A stretch of DNA of 64,000 bases from a virus. Where the stretch lies: the IMG/VR virus record IMGVR_UViG_3300035696_000019, positions 41,924 through 105,923 of that record, one strand, 5' to 3'. The notes under the pieces are model-generated. The model had not been told where the DNA came from. It did no database searches and saw only the letters and a list, made by a program, of their open reading frames with translations. The translations under genes were made by a program, and so were the position numbers. The first letter of the stretch is position 1, and each line of letters starts with the position of its first letter. Below, one piece after another: positions 17,337 to 27,652 of the stretch.

Positions 17337-18236
17337 TTACGCCAGACCGAGTTGCGCGTAAGCGGCGGCGAGGATGGTGGAGTCTTCGTTCGGCGTCATG
17401 CCGCCTTTGGTTTTGACGCAGATGCCGAGAATCGGAAACAGCATGAACACTTGGTTGGCCTGCGCCCGGCACGTCCCCAACGAATACGGTTTCAGCGCCA
17501 GATTTTGCTGCAAATTTCCCTTGTCGCCCGACGTAAGCTTGCCCTCTTCGTGCAGCACCACGAAGGCGCGTCGCAGCACATCATTCATCTGTGCGCCCGC
17601 CGCCAGCCCGGTCAAGAGCAGAATCGCCTTGTCGCGCACCTTGATGGCAATCTTGTCCGGGTCGTTCATGTCGGCGACGAAGGCGTCTTGCTTGAGAGCG
17701 AGTTCACCCGCTTCCAGTTCGGCGTCCGCGAACGAGAACACGAGCATGTCACGCGCCTTTGCTCCGAGTTTCGCCATCAGCAGATCGCCAGGCTTGTGCG
17801 TGATCGACGTGGCGCGCGGCGCTTTCGGTTCCTTCGCGGGCTTTTCCATTTCCGGTTCAGCAACCGGAGGGGTCGGTTCCGGTTCGGCCGCCGCTTCCGC
17901 CTTCTTGCCACGCTTGCCACCCTTCTTCTTCGGCGCTTCAACTTCCGGCGTTACTTTCGGTTCCGGTTCGGCAACCGGCGCCATCTCTACCGTCGGCGTC
18001 ATCAAATCCAGATCGGCAAGGAGGTTGTCCACTGCCGATTCGGCGCTCAACGGGGCTTCCGGCACCGTCGGGCTAGTCAGTAAAGCGGCGTCCAGATCGG
18101 ATTCCAGCAATTCGTCGGCACTGAGTGCAGGCTCGATACCGGTGGGTTCCAGCAACTCCGAGCCGAACAGATCGGCCAACAGAGCTTCGTCGGATTGGGT
18201 CAGTGCGTCGGTTTGGGTATCCATTTCATTCTCCAT
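17337..18236 (-). CDS. hypothetical protein with acidic/Pro-rich N-terminus and winged-helix-like C-terminus
   Basis: 299-aa ORF with typical codon usage. Confidence 0.8.
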   Translation of the reverse strand: MENEMDTQTDALTQSDEALLADLFGSELLEPTGIEPALSADELLESDLDAALLTSPTVPEAPLSAESAVDNLLADLDLMTPTVEMAPVAEPEPKVTPEVEAPKKKGGKRGKKAEAAAEPEPTPPVAEPEMEKPAKEPKAPRATSITHKPGDLLMAKLGAKARDMLVFSFADAELEAGELALKQDAFVADMNDPDKIAIKVRDKAILLLTGLAAGAQMNDVLRRAFVVLHEEGKLTSGDKGNLQQNLALKPYSLGTCRAQANQVFMLFPILGICVKTKGGMTPNEDSTILAAAYAQLGLA

Positions 18237-18483
18237 TCACGTTAAAATTCATTCATTGATGACAGTATCGCAAGCGACTAAAGGCGTTGAAAGCGTTTAT
18301 ACAGGCGACTTTCGCGTCTTTTCTTTACTCGTTGCGTCATTCAGTAATGACGGTATCGACAGCGCGGCTAGGGGAAGGAAGTGGTTTACTTGGCGATCAG
18401 GCTTGGGCACGTGCGGTCGCCAAGGGAGTGAAACGATATGATTCCATATGATATCGCCCAAGGGCGGATATAGAGCAAAAGAA

Positions 18484-18501
18484 AAGCGCCCGAAGGCGCT
18501 T
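18484..18501 (-). terminator. intrinsic terminator AAGCGCC-CGAA-GGCGCTT with U-tract on the minus strand
   Basis: Hairpin with an adjacent A-run on the plus strand. Confidence 0.75.
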
Positions 18502-18512
18502 GAGATGAGGGG

Positions 18513-18686
18513 TCAGTATTCTCGCTCGACCCAATCGCCCCTCTCATCCTGAACCACCTCGATCAGCGAATCGAATTCCCGCTGGCACTCGGCGGGATCG
18601 ACATTCCAACGCGGCATTTCCGCCAACCAGTTCTCGCGGGTATCGACCGAACCGGTCTTGGGATTCATCAGCATGACATCAGCCAT
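18513..18686 (-). CDS. 57-aa acidic protein (MADVMLMNPKTGSVDT...DWVEREY)
   Basis: Manually translated; AGGAG RBS; followed by a terminator. Confidence 0.7.
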   Translation of the reverse strand: MADVMLMNPKTGSVDTRENWLAEMPRWNVDPAECQREFDSLIEVVQDERGDWVEREY

Positions 18687-18722
18687 CTTGCTCTCCTGAA
18701 AGTGTGTATGAGGATGGTAACC

Positions 18723-19088
18723 TTAATCCATCCAGCGAACCATATCCTCCCACTTGTCGGCATGGTCGAACAGCCCGAAGAATTCATTGTGCCACTTGCC
18801 AATCGCGTTGAAGGTGTCGAAGCCCTGACGCTTCAAATTGGCGAGAAAGCGCCCGACTTCGCGCGTCGTGACGCAGGAACAATCGCTGGATTGCTCGATC
18901 AGGTAAGCCCTTGTGAATGAAGGATTCACCGCGTCGGTCGCATAGAACCCAACTACCTCAGCCCCATCATGACGCGCCTTCATGACGCGCCCCTGATTGT
19001 TCGGTATAGCGGCTTCAAGACGATACCCGATGATCCGGTCAGTCGTTAGAGTGCGGACGGTGCGAATACGGACAACAGCGCGTTGCAT
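18723..19088 (-). CDS. hypothetical protein
   Basis: 121 aa with AGGGG RBS. Confidence 0.65.
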   Translation of the reverse strand: MQRAVVRIRTVRTLTTDRIIGYRLEAAIPNNQGRVMKARHDGAEVVGFYATDAVNPSFTRAYLIEQSSDCSCVTTREVGRFLANLKRQGFDTFNAIGKWHNEFFGLFDHADKWEDMVRWMD

Positions 19089-19468
19089 GGTAAACCCCTT
19101 TCGTTGGTCGTTGCTGCGTTTCAGTGATTGCAGAATACAAACCGGACTGCGGGGTTACAGCGTGTTTACAGGCGACTTTGCAAGATGCCCAAGCCTCTCA
19201 ACACGCGCGCGTATTAATGAGCGCGCACGCGATAATCAACACATGCAGGGAGAGCAAGCGGTGGCATTGGGAGAGTCGTCGGGTGAGTGCGTGGGCGGTT
19301 GGGTGCGTCGGGCAAGACGCCTAGGACGGACAGACGGTTGGGCGTATGAGGAGAATGCCTAGGGCGAAGCGCCGCGCAAATAAAAAGGCACATCAAATGA
19401 TGTGCCCGTATACGCCTATCCAGGCATGAAATGGCAGGGAAATCGAAACCAAAATCAGAACTCCCAAC

Positions 19469-19915
19469 TCACCAGGCTTCGCCACCGTCAATCAGACCGG
19501 CGTCACTCGATGGTCGATCGGTCGGAACAGGCGGCGGAGGCGGTTGCCTCTGCTCCAGTGTGTTGTCTTCCGACTCGGTGAAGTTGCCCTCCTCATCCAC
19601 CAGGCTGTCCGTCCAGCGCAGCATGAAGTCCTCGTAGGCGGCAACTCCCGAAGATTCCGTGCCGAAGAACTTGTCGCGGAAGTTGGGATCATCGACCAAC
19701 TGACCAGCATCCAGATAATTGAACACGCGCAACTGGAACAGTTCCCAATAATCCTCGAACGAGTCGGGGGTGGACACCTTGCCATACCATTCCAGCAGCA
19801 CCCGCACCTTGCCATTATCAAACTGGCGGATGGTGCGATAGCTATCATCGGCGCGCTTGTTGATCCAGCCGGATTTACTGATCAACAGGCCATCCTTGTC
19901 CATATACGCCACCAT
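19469..19915 (-). CDS. hypothetical protein ending ...GEAW
   Basis: 148 aa with GGAG RBS. Confidence 0.75.
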   Translation of the reverse strand: MVAYMDKDGLLISKSGWINKRADDSYRTIRQFDNGKVRVLLEWYGKVSTPDSFEDYWELFQLRVFNYLDAGQLVDDPNFRDKFFGTESSGVAAYEDFMLRWTDSLVDEEGNFTESEDNTLEQRQPPPPPVPTDRPSSDAGLIDGGEAW

Positions 19916-20301
19916 TACTCGCCCTCCTTGCCCAACAGAGCGTCCGCAGACGGCACAATCTCGACTCGATCCGCGCCAGTTGCAAGACCCGTCAGGCTCA
20001 GGCCCACGCAGCAGACAATCAACAGCGCGAATTTGAGGCCGATTTCACTGACGCACTTGATGAAACGCAACAGCACATACAGCACCGCGCCAGTTGCCAG
20101 GCCGGCCTCACGCACGATCGGCCAGGCCAACGACTCAATAAGCAGTCTCGGCAGCCAAAGGATCAGCGAGGGAATCGCCAAAAGTGATTTCCACCAGATG
20201 TTACGCCGCGCGAAAATCAGTCGCGGATCAGGCAGCAAGTGTTCGCGCCACACCAGAAGGTTGCCATCTTCGTCCGGCGCAGTTTCAATGATGTTGGACA
20301 T
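19915..20301 (-). CDS. putative membrane protein
   Basis: Hydrophobic segments; GAGGAG RBS. Confidence 0.6.
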   Translation of the reverse strand: MSNIIETAPDEDGNLLVWREHLLPDPRLIFARRNIWWKSLLAIPSLILWLPRLLIESLAWPIVREAGLATGAVLYVLLRFIKCVSEIGLKFALLIVCCVGLSLTGLATGADRVEIVPSADALLGKEGE

Positions 20302-20459
20302 GCAGACTCCTCTGGATGATGTTGAGTGGCAGTGTGACGCCATTGGTGCATTTACTGAACACCGTGCAGCACAGCAGCGTAACGAACAGCACACCCATCA
20401 GAAAATTGCCAAACGAACGGCTGTTGCCGTGCCGCCCTCTTCCTCTCATGATGCTCTCC

Positions 20460-21005
20460 TCAAGCGGCAATACCTGCCGGCAGCGTAAAGAAACCGAGGT
20501 CAAGCCCTCGGAAGAAGCACTGCGCCATGACTTCCACGTCGTATTCGGCGGCGTGTGCGCGTGTCGTGTCGTAGTCGATACCAAGCGCAAAGCACAACTC
20601 ACCGAGCTTGGGCCATTTGCCATTCGGCGTCGCCCAGCGCGCTTGCGTCATGGTGTCCACGCCGGGGAAATCGAACGGCGCCAGGCCGGCGGCAGTAAAC
20701 TCGGCAGACAGCATGCCTTTATCGAACTCGATGTTGTGTGCCACGGTCACATCGCACGATTCGAATTGCTTGCGCACATCCGCCGCCAACGCGCGGAACT
20801 TGGGTTGGCCCACAAGCTCACCATAGGTGATCCCATGCACCGCGAGCGCGTCGGGATGGATCGGACATTCCGGGTCGAAGCGTTGCACCAGACGATGCAC
20901 ACAGGCGCGCGATGCACTGTCGTAAACAAGCAGCGCCAGTTCAATCACGCGATCCGTGCCGGCTTTCAGCCCGGTGGTTTCAGTATCGAAGAACCCGATT
21001 AACAT
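20460..21005 (-). CDS. DEDDh 3'-5' exonuclease (Pol III epsilon-like)
   Basis: FDTETTG, AHNIEFD and HAAEYD motifs. Confidence 0.92.
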   Translation of the reverse strand: MLIGFFDTETTGLKAGTDRVIELALLVYDSASRACVHRLVQRFDPECPIHPDALAVHGITYGELVGQPKFRALAADVRKQFESCDVTVAHNIEFDKGMLSAEFTAAGLAPFDFPGVDTMTQARWATPNGKWPKLGELCFALGIDYDTTRAHAAEYDVEVMAQCFFRGLDLGFFTLPAGIAA

Positions 21006-21259
21006 TTCCCTCTCTCCTCCAGTTTTGCGATCACCCGATCTGAAATTTGCTCGATCAGGTCGGCGCGATCTTTTTGAGCCTGTTCTTCGAGCGCCTTGCG
21101 TTGGCTCTCTTGAGCTTGGAACCGAAGCTTCCGCTCCTCTCGGTATTCACACATCAGACAGCGACCCAGCTCTTTAACGAGAAGATCGTGTCGAGTGTCG
21201 CCACAAGGCGGTATGGGTTTCTCTGCTGTGATTTTCTTCGAAAACGGCCAAAAGACCAT
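20999..21259 (-). CDS. hypothetical protein
   Basis: 86 aa with GGAG RBS. Confidence 0.55.
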   Translation of the reverse strand: MVFWPFSKKITAEKPIPPCGDTRHDLLVKELGRCLMCEYREERKLRFQAQESQRKALEEQAQKDRADLIEQISDRVIAKLEERGKC

Positions 21260-21636
21260 GCTATCTCCTTGCGAGCCACGCGGCTCAAAAAATGGCTCAA
21301 GCGTTGACTGATGCAGTCATGAACAATTCATCCATAACCGCATGATAAACGCTCGATAGCGGGGCGACAGCACCCCGCAACAGGGTTAATGCTGATAGAT
21401 GTGAATCACCGGTTGATCGCCAAACGCCACCTCGACCACTGCCGGGGTCGGCGTGGGGTCGGTAATGGTCGGCGCAATCGGCGCAGCGACCGGGGCCGCT
21501 ACAGTTTGCGCCACAGCGGCGACAACCGGTGTCGGGGTGACAGATGGTTGAGAAAGGGTTGACGCGGCGGTCGCGCTGGAGGGTTGGGACGCCTGTGCGT
21601 CGGTTGCCAAATCGGGCATTGCGGTTCCTTTCGTGG

Positions 21637-21891
21637 TTAAGAGACTTTCTTGCGGCCCAGGTGCAGGCCGATGCCGCGACGGAAGCCACGGTCATTCTGG
21701 ATGTCGAGCAGTTTCACTCGGTCGATGAACATCGGCTTGTAGGCGCGCACAGCGGTCAGCACCTCGCCATTGATGCGGATTTCGATCAGGTCGCCCGGTT
21801 CGATCATGCGCGCCGCGTCCTCTTCGCGGATGAGGTTGAATTGAGGCTCCAGCAGCAGGTCGCGGTTGGATTCGGCAGTGCTATGTGCCAT
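21637..21891 (-). CDS. hypothetical protein
   Basis: 84 aa with GGAG RBS; operator at 21913. Confidence 0.65.
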   Translation of the reverse strand: MAHSTAESNRDLLLEPQFNLIREEDAARMIEPGDLIEIRINGEVLTAVRAYKPMFIDRVKLLDIQNDRGFRRGIGLHLGRKKVS

Positions 21892-21973
21892 AAATTCGTT
21901 TCTCCGTATGATATGTCAGTAGTGAGTGATTATAGCGCACAAAGCAAACGACTTGCTTTGTGCGCTATTTGCA

Positions 21974-22870
21974 TTACGCTGCGAGTGGAGCATTCAGAAC
22001 AACTGGCTGGAGCGTATCGACTTCATCGAAGTTGGCATATGGCTTCTTGGCGACAAAAGCATTCCAGGCCGCCATGACTACGCGAGCGCGAACGTCATGA
22101 TTGACGGTGCGCGCCGTATGCTCGCGCAACCAGTTCGCCAGTTGCACGCAGGGATGTGCGCCTTTCAACGACTCGGGGTGCGCAACCGCCGTCCAGAATT
22201 TCACTGCCATTTCAGGCTGCTCGATGAGCGACACGATGCCAACCGACATCGTGCCGGCGCTTTTCAACTGCGCTCGCAGTGCGCCTTCTGCCTTGCTGGT
22301 GACGGTGAGAAACTTTACTCCCGGTGCGCCATACTTCTCTTCGAACAGTCTGGCGATTTCGGAGGAATCGCGTGTGTCGGCGTAAACGGGATCATTCTTG
22401 CTCACGTTGTTTCGGAAGCCGATCATGATCGTGCGAATGGCGCTGGCAATCTTCTGCGCCTCGCCACCCGTCAGGTTGAACTTTTTGGGCAGGCCGTGTG
22501 CGTGGTAAATCTCGGAAGGCGACCGGGGCAGTCCAACATCATGCTGCGAATAGGCGCGGATCAAATCCACTTCCTCGGTCGCCTCTTGATATTTGATCGC
22601 CAAATCGATGGCCACTCCCGATTTGACGATGGCGGCCAGCCGGTGTTGACCGTTGATGATGTAGACTTCGCCCTTGTATTTCATCAGATGAATCTGTGTG
22701 CCAGGCTCGAAAGTTCCGCCGATCATATGTTTCGCCAATTGGCGAACGTGGTGATCTTTCACGCGGCGCTGCTCTAGCACCTCCAGTCGTTCCCACTTGC
22801 AGGCTTTCAACAACTTGTCGGCGTTTTCGGGCGTAATGACATCTGCGTAGTGTTGGGTATCGGTAATCAT
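21974..22870 (-). CDS. ParB/Srx-like N-terminal domain protein
   Basis: IINGQHRLAAIV motif. Confidence 0.65.
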   Translation of the reverse strand: MITDTQHYADVITPENADKLLKACKWERLEVLEQRRVKDHHVRQLAKHMIGGTFEPGTQIHLMKYKGEVYIINGQHRLAAIVKSGVAIDLAIKYQEATEEVDLIRAYSQHDVGLPRSPSEIYHAHGLPKKFNLTGGEAQKIASAIRTIMIGFRNNVSKNDPVYADTRDSSEIARLFEEKYGAPGVKFLTVTSKAEGALRAQLKSAGTMSVGIVSLIEQPEMAVKFWTAVAHPESLKGAHPCVQLANWLREHTARTVNHDVRARVVMAAWNAFVAKKPYANFDEVDTLQPVVLNAPLAA

Positions 22871-23763
22871 CAGTTGTTTCCTAAACGGTTAAAGAGGACG
22901 GAAGCCGAGTCGGCTTTCCGAATGGATGCCAGCACCTTGTCTACTTCATTGGCGTCCGGCGTGAGGGTTTCCGCGACGCCGGCATTGATGACGTCAGTGA
23001 AGCCGAGAGAGGGTTGCGCCACCTCTTGAGTGCTGGCTTTGTGCTTGCGGAGATGCCTTCCAACGGTCTGGTCCCATACGCCAACCTTTCGCGCAATCTC
23101 ACGCGCACTCATGCCGGTTTTCGAAAGAGCCAAAATCCGGTCGATCTTCTCTTGTGGGATGGATGCACCAGCGTTCCCGCGAAGACTGGCTTCCGCTAAA
23201 GAGAACGTTTTTCGTCCAGTGAGTTTGCGAACATACTTGCTGATGGTTTTCCTACTTACGCTCACTTCATTTGCGATCCGGGTGTCACTCATACCAGATT
23301 TGGAGAGCGCCAGAATCCGGTCGATTCGCTCTTGTGAGAGACGAGGCTTCCATTCACTTTCGCCCCAATCTTTTCTCTTCACTTCCGCCTCGGTCTTGAG
23401 CGCCGGCAAGCCACACATGCTCAACGCTCTCTTGATCGTCCCGCCGTGCCATTTCTCGCCTGCGAAAATACAGGGGATGTCATGCTCTTTCAGAGCTTGT
23501 GCCGCCTCGCTGTAAGTGGCGCCCGACTTGATCATTTCGGGGAAGAACTCAAGCAAAATGTCGCGCTTGATCTCCCAATCAGTTTGAGGTTTGACGGGCT
23601 TGATGGGCTGAACAGCAGCCATCAAGGCTTTTGCGTGCTCCTGAACGACGATTGCCGTCATCCTGGCGGCATCCATGACAAGATCGCCCGACTCTGCAAA
23701 TACCGCTCTGACCGCTTCGCGCACAAGGCGCAGAGTCGTGTCGTTAGACGTTTTGTGTTCCAT
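22870..23763 (-). CDS. multi-HTH DNA-binding protein
   Basis: Two near-identical QE.IDRILALSK.GMS..IA..V.V...TI..Y/H repeats plus a third HTH. Confidence 0.75.
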   Translation of the reverse strand: MEHKTSNDTTLRLVREAVRAVFAESGDLVMDAARMTAIVVQEHAKALMAAVQPIKPVKPQTDWEIKRDILLEFFPEMIKSGATYSEAAQALKEHDIPCIFAGEKWHGGTIKRALSMCGLPALKTEAEVKRKDWGESEWKPRLSQERIDRILALSKSGMSDTRIANEVSVSRKTISKYVRKLTGRKTFSLAEASLRGNAGASIPQEKIDRILALSKTGMSAREIARKVGVWDQTVGRHLRKHKASTQEVAQPSLGFTDVINAGVAETLTPDANEVDKVLASIRKADSASVLFNRLGNN

Positions 23764-23771
23764 TGCTCCCC

Positions 23772-24206
23772 TCACAGTCTTTCAAAACCGGACTTACTCA
23801 TCAGCGCCGGCAGATTGTCCCAATACGCACGCGCCTTGCAGGCTTCGTCGAAATCCACGGTTTTTTGCGTATCAACCTTCATGTCATTTAGCGCATCGCG
23901 TCGCGACACATGCACTTGCAGCGCGCCAATTGTCCAGTCGAAGGTCAGAACCTTGGTTTCGCGGTAAAAGCTGACAGACAGCGTTTGCTTCTCTGTCGGG
24001 CAGATCGCCTGCAATTCCGTGAACATATTGATGAAGTCAGCATCCACCAGCCCCGACACCGCCATGAATAGCGTATCGACAGCAACCGAAAGTTGGTCGC
24101 CAGTGATGGCGCCCGATTCGGTTGAACGCACAAGCCACTGGATCGTTTCCAGGGTTTTGCGATCCAACTCTTCACGCAGGGTGGGCAATTCCGCAATCGC
24201 GGTCAT
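23772..24206 (-). CDS. hypothetical protein
   Basis: 144 aa with GGAG RBS. Confidence 0.7.
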   Translation of the reverse strand: MTAIAELPTLREELDRKTLETIQWLVRSTESGAITGDQLSVAVDTLFMAVSGLVDADFINMFTELQAICPTEKQTLSVSFYRETKVLTFDWTIGALQVHVSRRDALNDMKVDTQKTVDFDEACKARAYWDNLPALMSKSGFERL

Positions 24207-24302
24207 GGTGAAAACTCCGAACCAAATGAGCGATAACCGCTCGACACAATCATGTTACAAAGCGGTCACAGGGTTGTAACCGCTGACACAGGGGAACTTC
24301 AA

Positions 24303-24965
24303 TCAGTGCAGCACATAGCCCAACTGGCGAACTTCATTCATGCTGGCCGCCGCCATTGCACGCTCACGCGCACAGGCTTCTTCCAGCGCGGCCAGGCGTT
24401 GCTTGATGTCGAGAATGTGCCGCCCGAGGTGGTAGCGCGAAATCTGGCAGCGACCATCCGCCATCAGGCCCAACATCAGCGTGTTCAGGTGCTCGATGTA
24501 GGATGGACTCAGCGCAGCCTTGCCAGGCTCGTAGACCAGCGGGATGCCAGGTTGCACCAGCATGATCACGCCAAAGCGTCGGTTGAGCATGTCATAGCAG
24601 GCGTCCACATAACGCTTGATGCGCGTCTCTTCCGCCTCGCCCACTTCCGGCTGACCATGCAGGTCGGCCATCAGGTAGGCGATGAAATCAATTGGCGTGC
24701 GATCGGTAATCGTCTCGGCGCAGACGTAGCGTTCAAAGAGGGCGTCGGCGCGCGCCAATACCGCCTCTTGCACATCCAGGCGCGTGGCGAAGGCCATCGG
24801 CTGCCCCGGATCAACGCCCAGATCACGCATGATCGCCGACACCGACGTTTCCACAAACTCAATCTTGTTCTTCTTGGCGTATTCGCGCGCCAACGTTGTT
24901 TTCCCGGTGCGATGACCGCCTACCAGACCTGCCAACATGCTTGTCTCCTCATTGATCTTCACCAA
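24303..24965 (-). CDS. P-loop ATPase/nucleotide kinase (AAA_28-like)
   Basis: GGHRTGKTT and DRTPIDF. Confidence 0.75.
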   Translation of the reverse strand: MVKINEETSMLAGLVGGHRTGKTTLAREYAKKNKIEFVETSVSAIMRDLGVDPGQPMAFATRLDVQEAVLARADALFERYVCAETITDRTPIDFIAYLMADLHGQPEVGEAEETRIKRYVDACYDMLNRRFGVIMLVQPGIPLVYEPGKAALSPSYIEHLNTLMLGLMADGRCQISRYHLGRHILDIKQRLAALEEACARERAMAAASMNEVRQLGYVLH

Positions 24966-25026
24966 CCGCTTAGTATAGCCGGTAAGTCACTGGCGACTTA
25001 CCGGCTAGGGCTAAACGTTCGGACGT

Positions 25027-25551
25027 TTATTTCAGCGGGAACGGCGACACGATCACGCGCGGCTCAACATACAGCGGGGTCGGCTTATGCGTTTCCGGGT
25101 TGACGCACTCGACCCAGGTGCCATCGGCGCTTGCCGGACTGAACAACGTATTCGGGTCGGCCTGCGGCAGCACAATGTTTCCACCATTGCTTTCGCCCGA
25201 ATGATATTCAGGCTTCGACGGGTTGGTGTATTGCGTGGCATACGGGATGCCATAACCCACCGAGTCGCACAGCTTGTGCATGTGGCCGTTCATGTCGGTG
25301 ATGTAGACGATCGTCGGAATCATCTTGTCGCGCAACTCGTAAATGTCCTTGAGCTGACGCTTTTCCGAGAACCGGGTGATGGTCGGCATGCCGACCTCCT
25401 GCGCACCCTGAGCTTCGATACTTTCCTGCGCATGGTGTTGCTGCACGTCAGCGGGCGGAGTCGACTCGGCCCGGCCGCAACCGGTCAGACCAATCATGAC
25501 AAAAGCGAATACGACGGCGGCAATGATGCCGAGAATGGTGCGGTTTTTCAT
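25027..25551 (-). CDS. putative lipoprotein
   Basis: Signal peptide with LTG-C lipobox. Confidence 0.7.
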   Translation of the reverse strand: MKNRTILGIIAAVVFAFVMIGLTGCGRAESTPPADVQQHHAQESIEAQGAQEVGMPTITRFSEKRQLKDIYELRDKMIPTIVYITDMNGHMHKLCDSVGYGIPYATQYTNPSKPEYHSGESNGGNIVLPQADPNTLFSPASADGTWVECVNPETHKPTPLYVEPRVIVSPFPLK

Positions 25552-25552
25552 T

Positions 25553-25903
25553 TCAGTTGTTTCCTTTGATGGATTGCTCATAGAAGTCGCGCAGATCGGG
25601 CGCGAGGTTGCTGGTGTCGAAGTCGCGCATGCGGCTACGCAGCACGGCGCGAACCGAGCCTTTCTGGGTGTTGTTCAGCGTCGGCCATTGCTCGGCCGCA
25701 TCGGCCAACTGCTGCGCCATGCCGTCCTGATACGCCTGGCTCTTTTTGTGAACGTCGTAACGAACTTGCTCGACCTTGGGCGCCCAGAACTTGAACGACC
25801 ACCAGTTCATCGCGTCGCCGACGAACCCCAGACCAAAGCCTGTCACCATGATCAGCAGCAGTGCGCCGATCACCTTGAGATAGAGTTTTGTGCCTTCCAT
25901 CAT
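25553..25903 (-). CDS. N-terminally membrane-anchored protein
   Basis: One transmembrane segment. Confidence 0.7.
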   Translation of the reverse strand: MMEGTKLYLKVIGALLLIMVTGFGLGFVGDAMNWWSFKFWAPKVEQVRYDVHKKSQAYQDGMAQQLADAAEQWPTLNNTQKGSVRAVLRSRMRDFDTSNLAPDLRDFYEQSIKGNN

Positions 25904-26520
25904 GCTTCCCCTTCCAGAATCGCGCGCTCTGCCGCCAGGTCGCGGTTCAGTGCATCGACCGAGGTGAAGCCTGATGGATAACGCTTGGCGAGCTTCTGGC
26001 TGTTCTTGATGCGCTCGACGGTTTCATCGGTGCCGACCGCGGCGTGGCCGATCGCCTGATACCACGACAAGTCCCCGCCGACTTCCTCGCCCCAGTTCAC
26101 GGCGTCAAACTCGCCGCCTTCCAGTTGCTTGAACAGGATTTCCAGCGCCTCACCGGCTTCCGAGAAGATGCCCAGGCCGGCATGCAATGCGCGCAGGTTG
26201 AGCTTTTCGGGATGCAGATGCACCGCCTTGCCGGTGTCGTTCATGATGGCGTCAAAGAAGGCGCTATCACCCGGTTTGGACACGATATCCAGATGCGCCC
26301 CCATCACTTCCGCCATCCCCATCACGCGACCCAGTGCGGTTCTGAAGGCTTCACGATCCAGCGGCTTGCCGTAATAGATGACGCGCTTCATCTGGTCGGC
26401 CACGGAGGCCGCTCCCATCATCAGATTGAGCGCCATGTGCAGACCCACCTCGCCAAAGTTGAGTGTGTCCACCTGGCTTTCGGTGCGCAGGGCGAGTGCT
26501 TGGTATTGTTTGAAGTCCAT
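25900..26520 (-). CDS. MazG-like nucleotide pyrophosphohydrolase
   Basis: YQ..ALRT, SEAGE, EEVGGDLSWY and KLAKRYP.GF motifs. Confidence 0.8.
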   Translation of the reverse strand: MDFKQYQALALRTESQVDTLNFGEVGLHMALNLMMGAASVADQMKRVIYYGKPLDREAFRTALGRVMGMAEVMGAHLDIVSKPGDSAFFDAIMNDTGKAVHLHPEKLNLRALHAGLGIFSEAGEALEILFKQLEGGEFDAVNWGEEVGGDLSWYQAIGHAAVGTDETVERIKNSQKLAKRYPSGFTSVDALNRDLAAERAILEGEA

Positions 26521-26534
26521 AATTCCTCCGGGAG

Positions 26535-27491
26535 TTAAATGGCAACCGGCGCCTTGATGGCCGGATGCGGGTTGTAATTCACCAGTTCAATGTCGCTAGC
26601 TTTAAAGTCGAACAGATTGGTTACGTCCGGGTTGAGACGAACGCTCGGCAGATCACGCGGCACGCGCGTCATCAGTTCTTTCACCTGATCCATGTGGTTC
26701 AGATACAGATGCGCGTCGCCGAGTGTGTGAATGAACTCGCCGGGTGCGTAGCCGCAGACTTGCGCGACCATCAGCGTCAGCAGCGCATAGGAAGCGATGT
26801 TGAACGGCACGCCTAGGAACACGTCGCCGGAACGCTGGTAAAGCTGGCAGGACAGACGCTTGCTGGGGATGCCCATTTCGTCGAAGAAAGCCATCGCCTT
26901 CTTTTCTTCCGTGATGTTTGCCGCCAAGATTCGTCCCGGCGGCATCAACGCGGCTCGCTCTGCGGCGGTCATGTCCTGCACGTAGAACTGGAACAGGGTG
27001 TGACACGGCGCCAGAGCCATCAGGCCACACTTGACGTTCTCGTGTGGTGAAATACCTTCGATGGGCAGGTCGGCCACGCTCCACGCCGAGACGATGTGGC
27101 GACGGCTGTAGGGGTAATGCTTGAGGCTGTTGACCAGATCGGTGATTTGATCGATCAAAATCGACTCGGTGTGGCCCTCATAGCCCTCCCATGAACGCCA
27201 CTGTTTGCCATAAATCGGCCCAAGTTCGCCATCCACCGCCCATTCGTCCCAGATGTGATTGCCGGCGGCGTTCAAATCCCTGTTGCTGGTCGAGCCGGAC
27301 AGGAACCACAGCAGTTCGGACACCACCAGCTCGAAAGCGGTTTTCTTGGTCGTCACCAGCGGGAACTTGCCGCTCGACAGGTCGAAACGCATTTGATAAC
27401 CAAAGATCGAACGCGTGCCCACCCCAGTGCGGTCACTGCGGTCGCGCCCATGACTCAGAATATCCCGAGTCAAATTACGGTATTGCCTCAT
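26535..27491 (-). CDS. thyA: thymidylate synthase
   Basis: DRTGVGT, ELLWFL, PCH and [14 protein letters not shown]. Confidence 0.97.
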   Translation of the reverse strand: MRQYRNLTRDILSHGRDRSDRTGVGTRSIFGYQMRFDLSSGKFPLVTTKKTAFELVVSELLWFLSGSTSNRDLNAAGNHIWDEWAVDGELGPIYGKQWRSWEGYEGHTESILIDQITDLVNSLKHYPYSRRHIVSAWSVADLPIEGISPHENVKCGLMALAPCHTLFQFYVQDMTAAERAALMPPGRILAANITEEKKAMAFFDEMGIPSKRLSCQLYQRSGDVFLGVPFNIASYALLTLMVAQVCGYAPGEFIHTLGDAHLYLNHMDQVKELMTRVPRDLPSVRLNPDVTNLFDFKASDIELVNYNPHPAIKAPVAI

Positions 27492-27652
27492 TGTTCTCGT
27501 CTCCCATAAATCTCAGACACCAGTGCGCCGCCACACAGCGCCCCGACGCCAAACGCGATGATGATCAGCTTGAATGCCGCTGCGGCATGAACCATGGCGT
27601 CCATTGACAGCCTCGCATATGAATTGGGCGGCTTGCGCCGCCCGGTTTCGAC

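Noticed and set aside
26535-27491. Base-modifying (dCMP hydroxymethylase-type) enzyme
   Set aside because: It retains the dUMP-specifying Asn in GVPFN and all standard ThyA motifs, and no glycosyltransferase or other modification genes are nearby.
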